DNA of 47,796 nt from Bacteroidota bacterium (GCA_007280875.1 QYQJ01000081.1:1-47796), one strand, 5' to 3'; positions 18,201 to 27,680 are shown, counted from the first letter of the stretch. The notes: generated by a model not told the origin, from the sequence alone. Numbers and translations are program-made.

Positions 18201-20456
18201 TGTTTCCATTTCGGGAGGTGTATCGCCGGTGGGCTGATCGGGGATGTACGTATAGTGATGCTTGTCGAGTCCCAGACTCAGGTTTTTAAAGGTAGATGAT
18301 GCTTTGATCAGGAGCACCGTCCCGATCGTGCGCAGCAGGTTGCTGGTAGATTCTACATAATCAGCTTCTTTCCCTTTTTCCAGTTCAGGGATGCCCATGA
18401 TCACCAGATCAGTTACCCGCGACTCTGCCACCACTATGTCATAGAACGGTTCCTGTCTGATATGGTTGTCTATCACTTTCACTGAAGCTTTGATACGGAG
18501 GGTGTCCAGTAACTCTTCGGCCCCGGTGAGGATATGGTCCTGGTGTTCACTCATCGAATTGACAATCATCAGGCGGATCCTTGCTGATTGCCACCGGCCG
18601 GAATGCAACAATAACTTCTCCAGTGCCAGTGCAAGGTTCCCCTGATTGCTGACATCCTTCCACCAGATATCTATGGTCTGGTATTGCCCGAAACCGGTCC
18701 GTTGGTCGTAATCCAGTAACAACACATTCAGATCCAGGTCGTAGAGTGTATGGAGCATTCCTGCAAACCGGGCCGGATACCGGGTCTCCCGGCCCCATCC
18801 CATCAGGACCGTGTTCGGTTCAAAACCGGAAAAACCATAGATGCCGGCTATGCTTTCGATCCCGTCGTAAAGGTCCCTGACCATGGTCCGGCGGGTAAAG
18901 ACACCGGTTGTGCCTTCATCCACCGGGATCTCCTGCCGTGTATTGGAAAACAGCAGGCTGGAGTTTTTATCCTCGATCAGATCGAAGTTGGAGAGTACTC
19001 CGTGCCTTCCAACCAGGCTCTTCCCGAATTCAATCAGGTGAGGCCGTTTATCGGATCCACCGCTGAACAGCACGATGTTTGGTTGCCAGTTCCGCTGTTC
19101 CATCGGTTTTTTACTCATGCGGTGCAGGGCATTTCGCACCAGGGAGGCATAGACACTCTGCCAGACATCGCCATACTCCGACCGGAGTTTTCTCCTGCGC
19201 AGGTAAAAATACAATCCACCCATGATGATCAGGGCTGCGAACATCGAGAGCATATCCAGTTTGAACATCACCCCGAAAGCAGCAAAAAAGCCTACCAGTC
19301 CAATGTAGCGGTTGACGCGGAATGAGGGTCGAAAATCGGGGCTGGCCCAGTTCTCCAGGAAGAAGGAGATGTTGATGAATCCGTAGGAGGCGAGGTAAAA
19401 CATGGTAACGATTCCGGCAATCACATTCAGTTCGCCAATGAGGATCCCTGCTTCGGCTATAAGGAAAATCATTAGCAGGGCATTCCGCGGTTCGTTGCTG
19501 GCACCATAGCCCCGTGAAAAGACCCGGGGTGTAATCCGGTCGGACGAAATCGCCTGAAGGATCCGGGGCCCGCCCAGGATACCTCCCATCGCTGAAGAGA
19601 GTGTAGCACCCCATATCCCGGCAATCACCAGGGGAGCAAACCAGGCGACCTTCAGCAGGAAATTGTAATCGGTCAGCAGCAATTCCCTGTCGACAAACAG
19701 AGCAAAGCTAACAGCCAGCCCCACATAGATAAGAAATCCGCAGCCGATGGCCCAAAGCGTTCCCTTCGGAATCGTTTTCTTCGGATCCTTGAGGTCGCCC
19801 GACATAGCTACACCGGCAGTAAATCCCGTAACTGCCGGAAAGAAAATGGCAAAGACCACTTCGGGAGAGATGCCTTCTTTCAGGTAAGAGAGGCTGATCA
19901 TCTCCGGATGCATCCCGGTGTGAATGAAGAGACCCACAAAGATCGAAATCAATGACAGGGCAATGGCCGCCATGATGTAAAACTGGGTTTTAATCGCAAC
20001 TGATGTACTGATGAAGGCAATGATCACCAGGATCACGATCGCGACTGTCCCAACGATGCGGAACCCGGTTACATCCTGTTCCAGTCCGGTGAAATTCCGG
20101 ATGGTTTCGATCGCCAGAAAGCTCTCGGCAAAACCTACCAGGTAGAGGGAGATGCTGAGGGCGGTTCCCACGAAGAGGGCGATCCCGATCGATCCGCCGA
20201 TCGGCAGGCCCAGGCTCCTGGACAGGATGTAATAGATACCCCCCGCCTGGATCTTTTTATCGGTGGCGATAGAGGAGATGCTCAGGCCGGTGGAGATAGA
20301 GATTACATGGGCCAGCACGATGATCACCAGGGCGCTGATCAGGCCGGCCTGGCCTACCACCCATCCGAGCCGCATGTACATGATCACCCCCAGGATCGTT
20401 AGCAACGATGGAGTGAATACACCGGCAAAGGCCCCGAATTTTCTGGCTTGTTCCAT
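15258..20456 (-). CDS. Cation-chloride cotransporter (SLC12/APC) fused to a long helical region, a P-loop NTPase and a probable winged helix
   Basis: GVFTPSLLTILGVIMYMRLGWVVG, GGIYYILSRSLG, FFPAVTGFTAG..MSGDLKDP and RNWQPNI (CCC motifs). Walker A GDRNTGKT and Walker B LIVIDD near the C-terminus. ATG at 20456. Confidence 0.88.
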   Translation of the reverse strand: MEQARKFGAFAGVFTPSLLTILGVIMYMRLGWVVGQAGLISALVIIVLAHVISISTGLSISSIATDKKIQAGGIYYILSRSLGLPIGGSIGIALFVGTALSISLYLVGFAESFLAIETIRNFTGLEQDVTGFRIVGTVAIVILVIIAFISTSVAIKTQFYIMAAIALSLISIFVGLFIHTGMHPEMISLSYLKEGISPEVVFAIFFPAVTGFTAGVAMSGDLKDPKKTIPKGTLWAIGCGFLIYVGLAVSFALFVDRELLLTDYNFLLKVAWFAPLVIAGIWGATLSSAMGGILGGPRILQAISSDRITPRVFSRGYGASNEPRNALLMIFLIAEAGILIGELNVIAGIVTMFYLASYGFINISFFLENWASPDFRPSFRVNRYIGLVGFFAAFGVMFKLDMLSMFAALIIMGGLYFYLRRRKLRSEYGDVWQSVYASLVRNALHRMSKKPMEQRNWQPNIVLFSGGSDKRPHLIEFGKSLVGRHGVLSNFDLIEDKNSSLLFSNTRQEIPVDEGTTGVFTRRTMVRDLYDGIESIAGIYGFSGFEPNTVLMGWGRETRYPARFAGMLHTLYDLDLNVLLLDYDQRTGFGQYQTIDIWWKDVSNQGNLALALEKLLLHSGRWQSARIRLMIVNSMSEHQDHILTGAEELLDTLRIKASVKVIDNHIRQEPFYDIVVAESRVTDLVIMGIPELEKGKEADYVESTSNLLRTIGTVLLIKASSTFKNLSLGLDKHHYTYIPDQPTGDTPPEMETRPSEILLPDDVPVELKAIHASCAELITRFHKEYVHPAFRYNVNMVLALEKQTKESFQVLESGSFRELSRDKQARQLATVKTNHLVLTEKIIEELQKTISTTQREGLEKGIRFLLNGISHTVEETPARVSVRLFPRHLVLTGTDSLRARNFKRITRLIYPAKKIRAGITYTVRFQRLIRKVLPEGFYRNLNDSLTELVQHNLTSIHTIRTLLLATQHYYDLFGQPGIKNGRLEEVKKEVGEAIRKLKELNEEVEKVFSDGLREKLSALFPVLGHILDSGAANLNVPHADEKFIGQIQKTFQVLPERWSRNRILLYNGINLEVRLKLFAFRLGKIIERSLAEIGQLTNQRVIVQAQEMTTQLHQYLDGLKNDPALAFNLQEPDIPWDDRTDFQLTLDRIIDKSFISIKTLVNKLPETSEVLLPDSVNNAPELLTGEVRPVILPTYQLVDYHVQSNLFETLHRIRGTLPTEIYSSASKIRNLLRLVSIGNMSQEATGTLEMVLREDEAPGMYPGWEGFFTFTSEQAVRVEEELNHIHDILRRLKRDLEQQVTSTTGELVVSRLLRTPDIYKEYAKKRESRRRVQLYRKALLNMRQRLHKVTAALWYRQSDAFLFARKISTGDGKQRSVVDSLLTLYERVSPSEEVLNRLPFYYRQLFLQKYNFKSEFWVNRQKEIAQVQQAIARYRKRFQGGILIRGDRNTGKTFFINYISSNLCRGQRIYALNAPSAGSINPEVFIKALRESTGLDGSPDYIFASLEEDSLIVIDDLELWWEKSAGGTAVVELIGELIRKHGHKCLFLLTVSEGSYRIISQLTGIDSCFLSVVDLQPFNALAIREVIMFRHQSSGLEIRRSDRNNIRLTRTAQAKLFARYFIYTRGNIGAALLAWISHITDFRDNMLYIRQPQIPDHAVIDRLSPVTRLYLAQFLFHKRLDQPGLQRLTMDPAEEVEKQLLFLKRAGLINERAGRIFELDRYLYIHLKHIIQ

Positions 20457-20509
20457 CAATAGAGACAGATTTCGGTACGATCAGAAATATAAAGATAAGG
20501 AAATTTTAG

Positions 20510-20740
20510 TTACTCCTCTCCCGTCAGCCGGTTCATCTTTGCGATCTGGATCTGGTAGTTGAGCTGAGCCCCGAGCAGATCGGCTTCCTTCACGTACTGT
20601 CCTTCCACTTCCGGGACTTCCTGTTCTACCACCTCAATCACGGATACGGGGACAAAATCGTTGTCGGTTTGAACTGGGCGATCAGTACATCCGGCAACAG
20701 TCAGCAACAGGAAAAGTACGACAAAAGGTTGTCGGCTCAT
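20510..20740 (-). pseudogene. 76-aa lipoprotein-like ORF, probably a collapsed efflux adaptor...TolC remnant
   Basis: Lipobox LTVAG-C and VPVSVIEV..QEVP resemble an adaptor N-terminus. EADLLGAQLNYQIQIAKMNRLTG resembles a TolC C-terminal helix. Confidence 0.45.
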
Positions 20741-20762
20741 AGCTGAAAAGGTTTTGGTGTAT

Positions 20763-22403
20763 TTATGTTGATTTTTTCCAATCGTCAAGGTATTCGGTGA
20801 CGATCTCCTTGATTCCTCTGGCGATGGCTGTATAAGAATTATCATCAAGGTTGGCCAGGGAGACCCGGACAGACCACTCTGGGCCATCGAAGCCACCACC
20901 GTTCAAAAGCACTATCGATTCGAGTTCGGCGAGACGGAAAACAACATCCACGGGTTCAAAATGTTTCTTCAGGAAATCGGCAAACTTCTTGCCATGATTT
21001 AATTCGGCCCAGAGCATGATATCCAGTTCGGCATAGTACCCTGCCCTGTCGGGATTGGGTTTCAGCTTGAATCCCATCCCTTCGAAGAGCAACGTCAACC
21101 TGTTGTGAACGATGTCGCAGGTGAGTTGCTTGTAAGCGTTTTTCTTATCAAAGAGGGCAAAAGCGGCAAAAAGCATCATCTGGATCTGTTGTGGCAGCGA
21201 AAGGCCTGCCGTGTGGTTGAGCGCCACCATCCGGCTGTCGGCTACCATCCGGTCGATGAACTTCAGCTGATCAGGATGGAGATGGATGGAGTGATACCGC
21301 TTGAACAGCGCCTTTTTTTTGACCTCGGGGAGCTCCCTGATCATCCGGTCATAGATATTTTTTTCATGCAGGGCAATCACACCCAAACGCCATCCGGTGC
21401 AGCCGAAATATTTGGAAAAGGAGTAGACCCCCAGCGTATTATGCGGGATCTCGGCCATCAGGGAGCGGAATCCACTAACGAAGGTACCATATACATCATC
21501 CGTGATGAACATAAGATTGGGATTATCTTTTTTGATGATGCCAATGATCTTCTTCCTTTCGCGGGGGCTTAGAGCTACAGACGGAGGATTGCTGGGGTTC
21601 ACCAGGTAAGCGATTTTGATGTCAGGATCTTTCAGCTTATCGAGCTCCTCATCAGGATATTCCCAGTTGTGCATCCCGTCGACATTCTTCCCGGTGGCGT
21701 TGATATGGACCACCTTGAAATTGAAACGGTCGAGTTCCGGGATCTCGATGTAGGGAGTGAAGATTGGTACGAAGAGTACCACTTTATCACCCCGCTTGAT
21801 GAGGAAGTTCTGCATCAGGGAGTCGAAGATGTAGCACATGGCAGCGGTCCCCCCTTCGGTAGCAAACAGGTCGTACTTCCCTTTGGGCGGACGGTTGTCG
21901 CATAGTTCCTGCATGAGGTAGTCGTGGACGATCGCTTCGGGGAATTTCAGCATGCGGTCGGGAACCGGGTACTGGTCCCCGATCACCCCTTCGGCCAGTT
22001 CATGGACAAAGGCATCGGGATCGAACGTGTGAATTCCGATACCATATTTATAAAGTTCCGAAAGCAGCCTGATGCCGGGTTTGTCCTTGTTTTCCTTCAG
22101 GAATTTCTCAAATCGTTTGGCGATCCCTTTCTGCTGGGGAATCCCGGCAAGGCCCTGCTTGTAATTCATGGGCCTGCGGCACTCCTCGATACCGAAAAGC
22201 CCCAGGGTAAAAAAGGCTTCACGGGGCACGGCTGAGATCCAGTTGGGATTTCCACGGCCTGCGTTGAGCATGCTATGTGTAGTTTTGTTGGTGTGGTGGT
22301 TGGCCAGGTTGATCAGGGTATTTTTTATCTCGAACGGACTCATTTGCTCAAGCTTCTTTTCAGCCGTACGACTTGTCTTGATTGCAGGTAATTTCTTTGC
22401 CAT
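20763..22403 (-). CDS. aspD: Aspartate 4-decarboxylase (PLP-dependent)
   Basis: SPFEIKN.L, LNAGRGNPNW, FATEGGTAAMCYIFDSL, VNPSNPPS, TDDVYGTF, YSFSKYFGCTGWRLG and LNHTAGLSLPQQ motifs; adjacent to aspT. Confidence 0.95.
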   Translation of the reverse strand: MAKKLPAIKTSRTAEKKLEQMSPFEIKNTLINLANHHTNKTTHSMLNAGRGNPNWISAVPREAFFTLGLFGIEECRRPMNYKQGLAGIPQQKGIAKRFEKFLKENKDKPGIRLLSELYKYGIGIHTFDPDAFVHELAEGVIGDQYPVPDRMLKFPEAIVHDYLMQELCDNRPPKGKYDLFATEGGTAAMCYIFDSLMQNFLIKRGDKVVLFVPIFTPYIEIPELDRFNFKVVHINATGKNVDGMHNWEYPDEELDKLKDPDIKIAYLVNPSNPPSVALSPRERKKIIGIIKKDNPNLMFITDDVYGTFVSGFRSLMAEIPHNTLGVYSFSKYFGCTGWRLGVIALHEKNIYDRMIRELPEVKKKALFKRYHSIHLHPDQLKFIDRMVADSRMVALNHTAGLSLPQQIQMMLFAAFALFDKKNAYKQLTCDIVHNRLTLLFEGMGFKLKPNPDRAGYYAELDIMLWAELNHGKKFADFLKKHFEPVDVVFRLAELESIVLLNGGGFDGPEWSVRVSLANLDDNSYTAIARGIKEIVTEYLDDWKKST

Positions 22404-22415
22404 ACTATCGGTGAT

Positions 22416-24116
22416 TTAGTTTATCAGAAAAACAATGATGATCCCGCAGATGATCAGCAGGGTATTGCCTACTGCATAGGTAACGGTATAACCCAACGCG
22501 GGCAGCGGACTCTCCAGCGAATCCTGGACGGCCGGAAGTGCAGCGGTGGTGGTTCGGGCTCCGGAACAGCAACCCAGGCCAAGGGCTACATTGAATTTAA
22601 AGACATACCTGGCCATGAGGATACCCACAAAGAGCGGGATGAGTGAAGCAGCTGCGCCAATTACAAAGAGCATTGGACCAACCTGTTTAAAACCGTCCAC
22701 GAAACTGGGTCCGGCTGAAATACCAACTACGGCGATAAATGCATTCAACCCAAGGTTGGTCATGATCCAGAGGGCAGGCTGAGGGATCTGTGCAACATTG
22801 GGATGTCTGGAACGAAGCCATCCGAAGAAGAGACCCGCGATCAGGGCGCCGCCGCTGGTGCTGAGGCTAAGGGTTACTTTGCCTGCGTGAAAGGCGAGTG
22901 CACCAACCAGTCCGCCCAACAAGATCCCCAGGCCAACTGAGATCAGGTCGGTGGTATTGGTCGAAATATCGGGAATACCCAGAAGTTTCACTGCGGCCTG
23001 CACATCTTTCTTCGGGCCCATGAGGTAAAGCATATCCCCTTTCTGAAGAATGGTTTGGGGCATCATCGGGATCTCGGTCCCCCCCCGGGTTATTTTTTGA
23101 AGCGAAACCCGCAGGTCGTACCGCTCATGGCTCAGCTCCTGGATCGTCATTCCATCTGCCGTTTTGGCGGTTAACAGTACACTCACCGATTCCACCTCAA
23201 ATTTCAGCAATTGCGGATCAAAGATCTCTTTCCCGATCTTTTTCTCCTCTGTAATCACACCCACTCCTTTTCCTTGCAATACTACATCATCGTGTGCTTC
23301 AAACCGGAAATCCGGAGCCGCGTTTAGGACCTCATGAGTACCGTGCCGTCTTACTTTTTCGACATAGAGCCTGTACCCGTCAGCAATGAACCCTTTTTGC
23401 ATCTCATCTACCGTTTTACCCACAAAAATGGAATCGGAACTGATGTTAAAAGCCCGGAAAACGATGCTGTGGTAAGAGGAGATCAGGGATGGATCGTCTG
23501 ATCCAACACCCAGCTTGGCTGCCAGATCGATGCATTGTTGCCTCGCTTTTTTAAGCCCTCCCCAGAAGAGCGGCCCAACCTGGGCCAGGAAAAATGCAGA
23601 ACCAATTGTCCCGAAAAGATAGGTGACCGCATAACAGACAGGGATGGCATTCACCATGCTTTTCTTCAGGGCCGGATCAATGTTCAGCGAGTTGATCGTG
23701 TCTCCACCTACACCAATGACGGCTGAAATAGTCTGAGCGCCGGCAAAAAGTCCTGCCGCTTGTCCTACATTATATCCCATCATTTTGGCCAGCAACCAGG
23801 TAGCAACCAGGGCCACGGCGGCGATGATGGTGGTGAAAAGCAACTGGGGCAAGCCGGATTTCCGCAGGCTGTTAAAAAACTGAGGGCCCACGGTATACCC
23901 CACGGAAAAGAGAAAGATAAGGAAAAAGATCTGCTTGACATCACCGGAAATATCAATTCGCATCTGTCCAACAATGACACCAACAAGCAAGACACTTGTC
24001 ACGTTGCCCAGCGAAAATGTTTTGTACTTGAAACGTCCGATAAAAAAACCGGCCGCGATGGTCAGAAAGACAGCGAGTTCAGGATGCTCGCGAAAGGTGG
24101 TGAGAAACCAGTTCAT
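22416..24116 (-). CDS. aspT: Aspartate:alanine antiporter (AAE family)
   Basis: PELAVFLT, FLFSVGY.VGPQFF, AGAQTISAVIG, central TrkA-C-like domains and GARTTTAAL...PALGYTVTYAVGN; lies upstream of aspD. Confidence 0.93.
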   Translation of the reverse strand: MNWFLTTFREHPELAVFLTIAAGFFIGRFKYKTFSLGNVTSVLLVGVIVGQMRIDISGDVKQIFFLIFLFSVGYTVGPQFFNSLRKSGLPQLLFTTIIAAVALVATWLLAKMMGYNVGQAAGLFAGAQTISAVIGVGGDTINSLNIDPALKKSMVNAIPVCYAVTYLFGTIGSAFFLAQVGPLFWGGLKKARQQCIDLAAKLGVGSDDPSLISSYHSIVFRAFNISSDSIFVGKTVDEMQKGFIADGYRLYVEKVRRHGTHEVLNAAPDFRFEAHDDVVLQGKGVGVITEEKKIGKEIFDPQLLKFEVESVSVLLTAKTADGMTIQELSHERYDLRVSLQKITRGGTEIPMMPQTILQKGDMLYLMGPKKDVQAAVKLLGIPDISTNTTDLISVGLGILLGGLVGALAFHAGKVTLSLSTSGGALIAGLFFGWLRSRHPNVAQIPQPALWIMTNLGLNAFIAVVGISAGPSFVDGFKQVGPMLFVIGAAASLIPLFVGILMARYVFKFNVALGLGCCSGARTTTAALPAVQDSLESPLPALGYTVTYAVGNTLLIICGIIIVFLIN

Positions 24117-24229
24117 AGGCGATGAATTTAAAATGGAAGGCCTAAATTAATTAAAAATTTGAACCGCCCAATGAAGAATCCCAATGCAATGGTGAGAAAG
24201 ACAGCAAGTAAAAAATAGTGTGAAAATTG

Positions 24230-24237
24230 TAGCTTTG
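24230..24237 (+). promoter_or_regulatory. -7 promoter box for nuoI-N
   Basis: TAGCTTTG, 21 nt upstream of the nuoI ATG. Confidence 0.6.
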
Positions 24238-24258
24238 TAATTTCCCCTGAAAGCCTCC

Positions 24259-24834
24259 ATGAGATCTCTGACCAACCGATCGAAAATTGTAACCGACAAG
24301 CGGTTGACCTTCCTGGAAAGGATCTACCTGCCTGCCATCCTGAATGGCATGCAGGTTACTTTCAGCCACCTGTTCCGCCACAAGGCAACCATTAATTATC
24401 CGGAGAAGAAACGGGAATTTGCGGAGATCTACCGGGGCAAGCATGTATTGAAACGGGATGACGAAGGGCGCGAACGGTGCACTGCCTGTGGTCTCTGCGC
24501 CGTGGCCTGTCCGGCCGAAGCCATCACCATGGTGGCAGCCGAGCGAAAACAGGGAGAGGAGCATCTGTACCGGGAAGAGAAATATGCTGCCATATATGAG
24601 ATCAACATGCTGCGCTGTATCTTTTGCGGACTGTGTGAAGAGGCCTGCCCGAAAGAGGCGATTTTTCTGACCAGGGAGACAGTCCAATCGGAATATAACC
24701 GGGAGGAATTTATCTACGGGAAGGCCCTGCTGGTGGAACCACTTGATCCTGGTAAGAGGATCGACATATCAAAGCGCCAGACCCCGGAGGTGCTGGCGTT
24801 TAAGAAAGACAGGACAAGAAAGCATAACAAATGA
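24259..24834 (+). CDS. nuoI: NADH-quinone oxidoreductase subunit I
   Basis: ERCTACGLCAVACPAEAI and RCIFCGLCEEACPKEAI motifs. Confidence 0.96.
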   Translation: MRSLTNRSKIVTDKRLTFLERIYLPAILNGMQVTFSHLFRHKATINYPEKKREFAEIYRGKHVLKRDDEGRERCTACGLCAVACPAEAITMVAAERKQGEEHLYREEKYAAIYEINMLRCIFCGLCEEACPKEAIFLTRETVQSEYNREEFIYGKALLVEPLDPGKRIDISKRQTPEVLAFKKDRTRKHNK

Positions 24835-24838
24835 AATG

Positions 24839-24887
24839 GAATTGCCATGGATTGCACATGAATTGCACATGAATTGATCATGAATTC
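24839..24887 (+). repeat. 11-mer tandem array in the nuoI-nuoJ spacer
   Basis: GAATTGC-CAT, GGATTGCACAT, GAATTGCACAT, GAATTGATCAT, GAATTC. Confidence 0.8.
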
Positions 24888-24917
24888 AAAACCTGGTATC
24901 GGGAACCCGTAACTGAC

Positions 24918-25433
24918 ATGTTTACCACATACCTTTTCTATTTCCTCTGTATTTTGGCAATCTACGCTGCCCTGATGGTGCTTGTATCGCGGAAGCCCAT
25001 TCACAGTGTGCTATACCTGGTGCTGGTCTTTTTTGCCATCGCCGGGCACTACATCCTGTTGAATGCGCAGTTCCTGGCCGTGGTGCACATTATTGTCTAT
25101 GCCGGGGCCATCATGGTACTTTTCCTTTTCACCGTGATGTTGCTGAACCTGAACAGGGAGGAGACTTCTCCCAAGGCAGGATGGGTGAAAGTATCAGCTA
25201 TCGTAGCGGGTGGTCTGTTGATGCTGGTAATGATCGGAGTGTTCCGGGGCTATGAGATGGCAGTGACAAGTAACCCGGCACTGACCCAGATCGGACTGGT
25301 TAAAAACCTGGGACGGATCCTGTTTGACGACTACATCATCCCGTTCGAACTATCGTCGGTGCTGTTTCTAACAGCCATGATCGGAGCGGTAATGCTGGGG
25401 AAAAAAGAACAAATCAAGAAAACATATGACTGA
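24918..25433 (+). CDS. nuoJ: NADH-quinone oxidoreductase subunit J
   Basis: PIHSVLYL, AQFLAVVHIIVYAGAIMVLFLF and PFELSSVLFL.AMIGAV motifs. Confidence 0.95.
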   Translation: MFTTYLFYFLCILAIYAALMVLVSRKPIHSVLYLVLVFFAIAGHYILLNAQFLAVVHIIVYAGAIMVLFLFTVMLLNLNREETSPKAGWVKVSAIVAGGLLMLVMIGVFRGYEMAVTSNPALTQIGLVKNLGRILFDDYIIPFELSSVLFLTAMIGAVMLGKKEQIKKTYD

Positions 25434-25746
25434 GACCCTCATGGTCATTCCGATTTTGCATTATCTCACCTTCTGCTCGGTGCTGTTCGGCATCGGGGTG
25501 ATCGGGGTACTGGTGAAGCGGAACGCACTGGTGATCCTGATGTCGATCGAGCTGATGATCAATTCGATCAATCTCCTTTTAGCGGCCTTTTCCACCTACC
25601 TGAATGATCCGGCGGGCCAGATATTTGTCTTTTTCATCATGGTAGTCGCGGCGGCCGAGGTGGCGGTGGGGCTGGCGATCATTGTGCTGATTTTCAGGAC
25701 GACGCATACGATTGATATAGATGTGCTTAATAAACTCAAATGGTGA
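25426..25746 (+). CDS. nuoK: NADH-quinone oxidoreductase subunit K
   Basis: LMSIELMINS and VAAAEVAVGLAI motifs. Confidence 0.95.
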   Translation: MTETLMVIPILHYLTFCSVLFGIGVIGVLVKRNALVILMSIELMINSINLLLAAFSTYLNDPAGQIFVFFIMVVAAAEVAVGLAIIVLIFRTTHTIDIDVLNKLKW

Positions 25747-25751
25747 CAGGT

Positions 25752-25786
25752 AATTACAAATTACGAATTACAAATTAGGAATTGCG
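25752..25786 (+). repeat. 7-mer tandem array in the nuoK-nuoL spacer
   Basis: AATTACA AATTACG AATTACA AATTAGG AATTGCG. Confidence 0.85.
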
Positions 25787-25795
25787 GATGTAAGT

Positions 25796-27680
25796 ATGGA
25801 CTGGGTGGTTGGAATGACGATACTGTTTCCCTTGTTGGGTTTTTTAATCCTGGGGATCGGCTTTCGGAAAATTCCTGAGCAGATAACTTCGTGGATCGGA
25901 CCGGGAACCATCGGAGTATCGTTTTTGCTGGCGGTTGTGTTACTCATCAGTGGGCAGTTGGCAGGTATTCACCTGGTTCTCTTCCGGCGATTTTTCCGTT
26001 TCATTCGGATTTCTGATCGATCCGCTTTCGTTGCTGATGCTGCTGATCGTGACCGGTGTCGGGTTCATCATTCATGTTTATTCCGTCGGTTACATGAAGG
26101 GCGATCCGGGGTATAACCGGTTTTTCTCCTATATGAACCTCTTTGTCTTTTCGATGCTACTGCTGGTGCTGGCCGACAACTACCTGGTCCTGTTCATCGG
26201 CTGGGAAGGGGTGGGACTTTGTTCGTATCTGCTGATCGGCTTCTGGTTCCGGAACCAGGCTTTCAACAATGCGGCAAAGAAAGCGTTCATCATGAACCGG
26301 ATCGGAGATCTGGGTTTCTTGCTGGGGATCATTTTGATCTTTACCACTTTCGGGAGTGTAGACTTCTCTGATGTTTTTTCCCGGGCAACCTGTTTATCGG
26401 TTGGTGATCCGACCATCGTTGCCATCACCCTGCTGCTATTTGTCGGAGCCATTGGCAAGAGCGCACAGATCCCGCTCTATACCTGGTTGCCCGACGCCAT
26501 GGCCGGTCCCACACCGGTATCGGCCATGATCCATGCGGCTACCATGGTCACCGCCGGAGTCTATATGGTAGCCCGTTCGGGAGTTCTTTACGCGCTGGCA
26601 CCACCCACGATGGCGGTAGTGGCCATCACCGGACTGATCACCGCGGTATTTGCCGCCTCGATCGCCATCTACCAGAACGACATCAAAAAGATACTGGCGT
26701 ACTCCACCATCAGCCAGCTGGGCTTCATGTTTCTGGCGCTGGGAGTAGGGGCCTTTACCAGTGCGATGTTCCACCTGACCACCCATGCTTTTTTCAAGGC
26801 CCTGCTCTTTCTGGCGGCAGGCAGTGTGATCCATGCGATGGGAGGGGGACAGGATATCCGGAAGATGGGCGGGTTGAAAAAGAAACTTCCCTGGACCTAT
26901 TACACATTCCTGATCGGTACCGTAGCCATTGCCGGGGTCCCTCCCTTTAGCGGCTTCTTCTCCAAAGACGAGATCCTGCTGCAGACCTTTTCAGCGGATC
27001 CAGTATTCTGGATTGTCGGGTTTACCGGGTCGCTGATGACAGTCCTGTATATGTTCCGGCTGATGAACCTCACCTTCCTGGGAAACTTCAGGGGAACCTC
27101 AGACCAGCAGCATCACCTGTACGAGTCGCCCCGGGAGATGCTTATCCCGCTGATGATCCTGGCTTTCCTTTCGGCCATCGGAGGGGTGTTGAATGTACCG
27201 GCTATTTTCGGAGGAAGCAGCTTCCTGGAGCACGCCCTCCATCCGGTATTTGCCGGTGCACAATTGCTTTTGCATACCGGGGGTCTGACCCTCAATACCG
27301 GGGTATTTCTGCTGGTCGTAACCCTCATCGGCATCCTGGTGATGGCTTATCTGGCCTACCAGCTGTATGTCCTCGATGGCAAAGGATTGAAACCGGATGA
27401 TGCCAACCGGCGGTTCCTGCCGCACCTGCTCTTTCAAAGGTATTATGTCGACGAACTCTATCGCAAAAGCATCATCAATCCATTGCTGGCGCTGAGCGGA
27501 TTCCTTAACAGGGTGGTAGAGTTCCGGGTGATTGACTGGCTGGTGAACGGGGTCGGCCGTGCGATGGTCTGGAGCGGAAACACACTGCGGTATATTCAGA
27601 CCGGCCATGTCGGATTTTATCTTTTCATGATGATCATCGGGATCATCCTGCTACTGGTGTTCAACGTGCTGATCAGATAA
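25796..27680 (+). CDS. nuoL: NADH-quinone oxidoreductase subunit L, frameshifted near 25945-25965
   Basis: N-terminus (FPLLGFLILG...VSFLLAV) is in the frame of 25796. The remainder (FTWF...IDPLS, GWEGVGLCSYLLIGFW, GKSAQIPLYTWLPDAMAGPTPVSA) is in the +1 frame. Confidence 0.88.

Noticed and set aside
14499-24258. The block inside the nuo operon as a transposon or integrative element
   Set aside because: No transposase, integrase, terminal inverted repeats or target duplication is visible, and its composition resembles the core genome.
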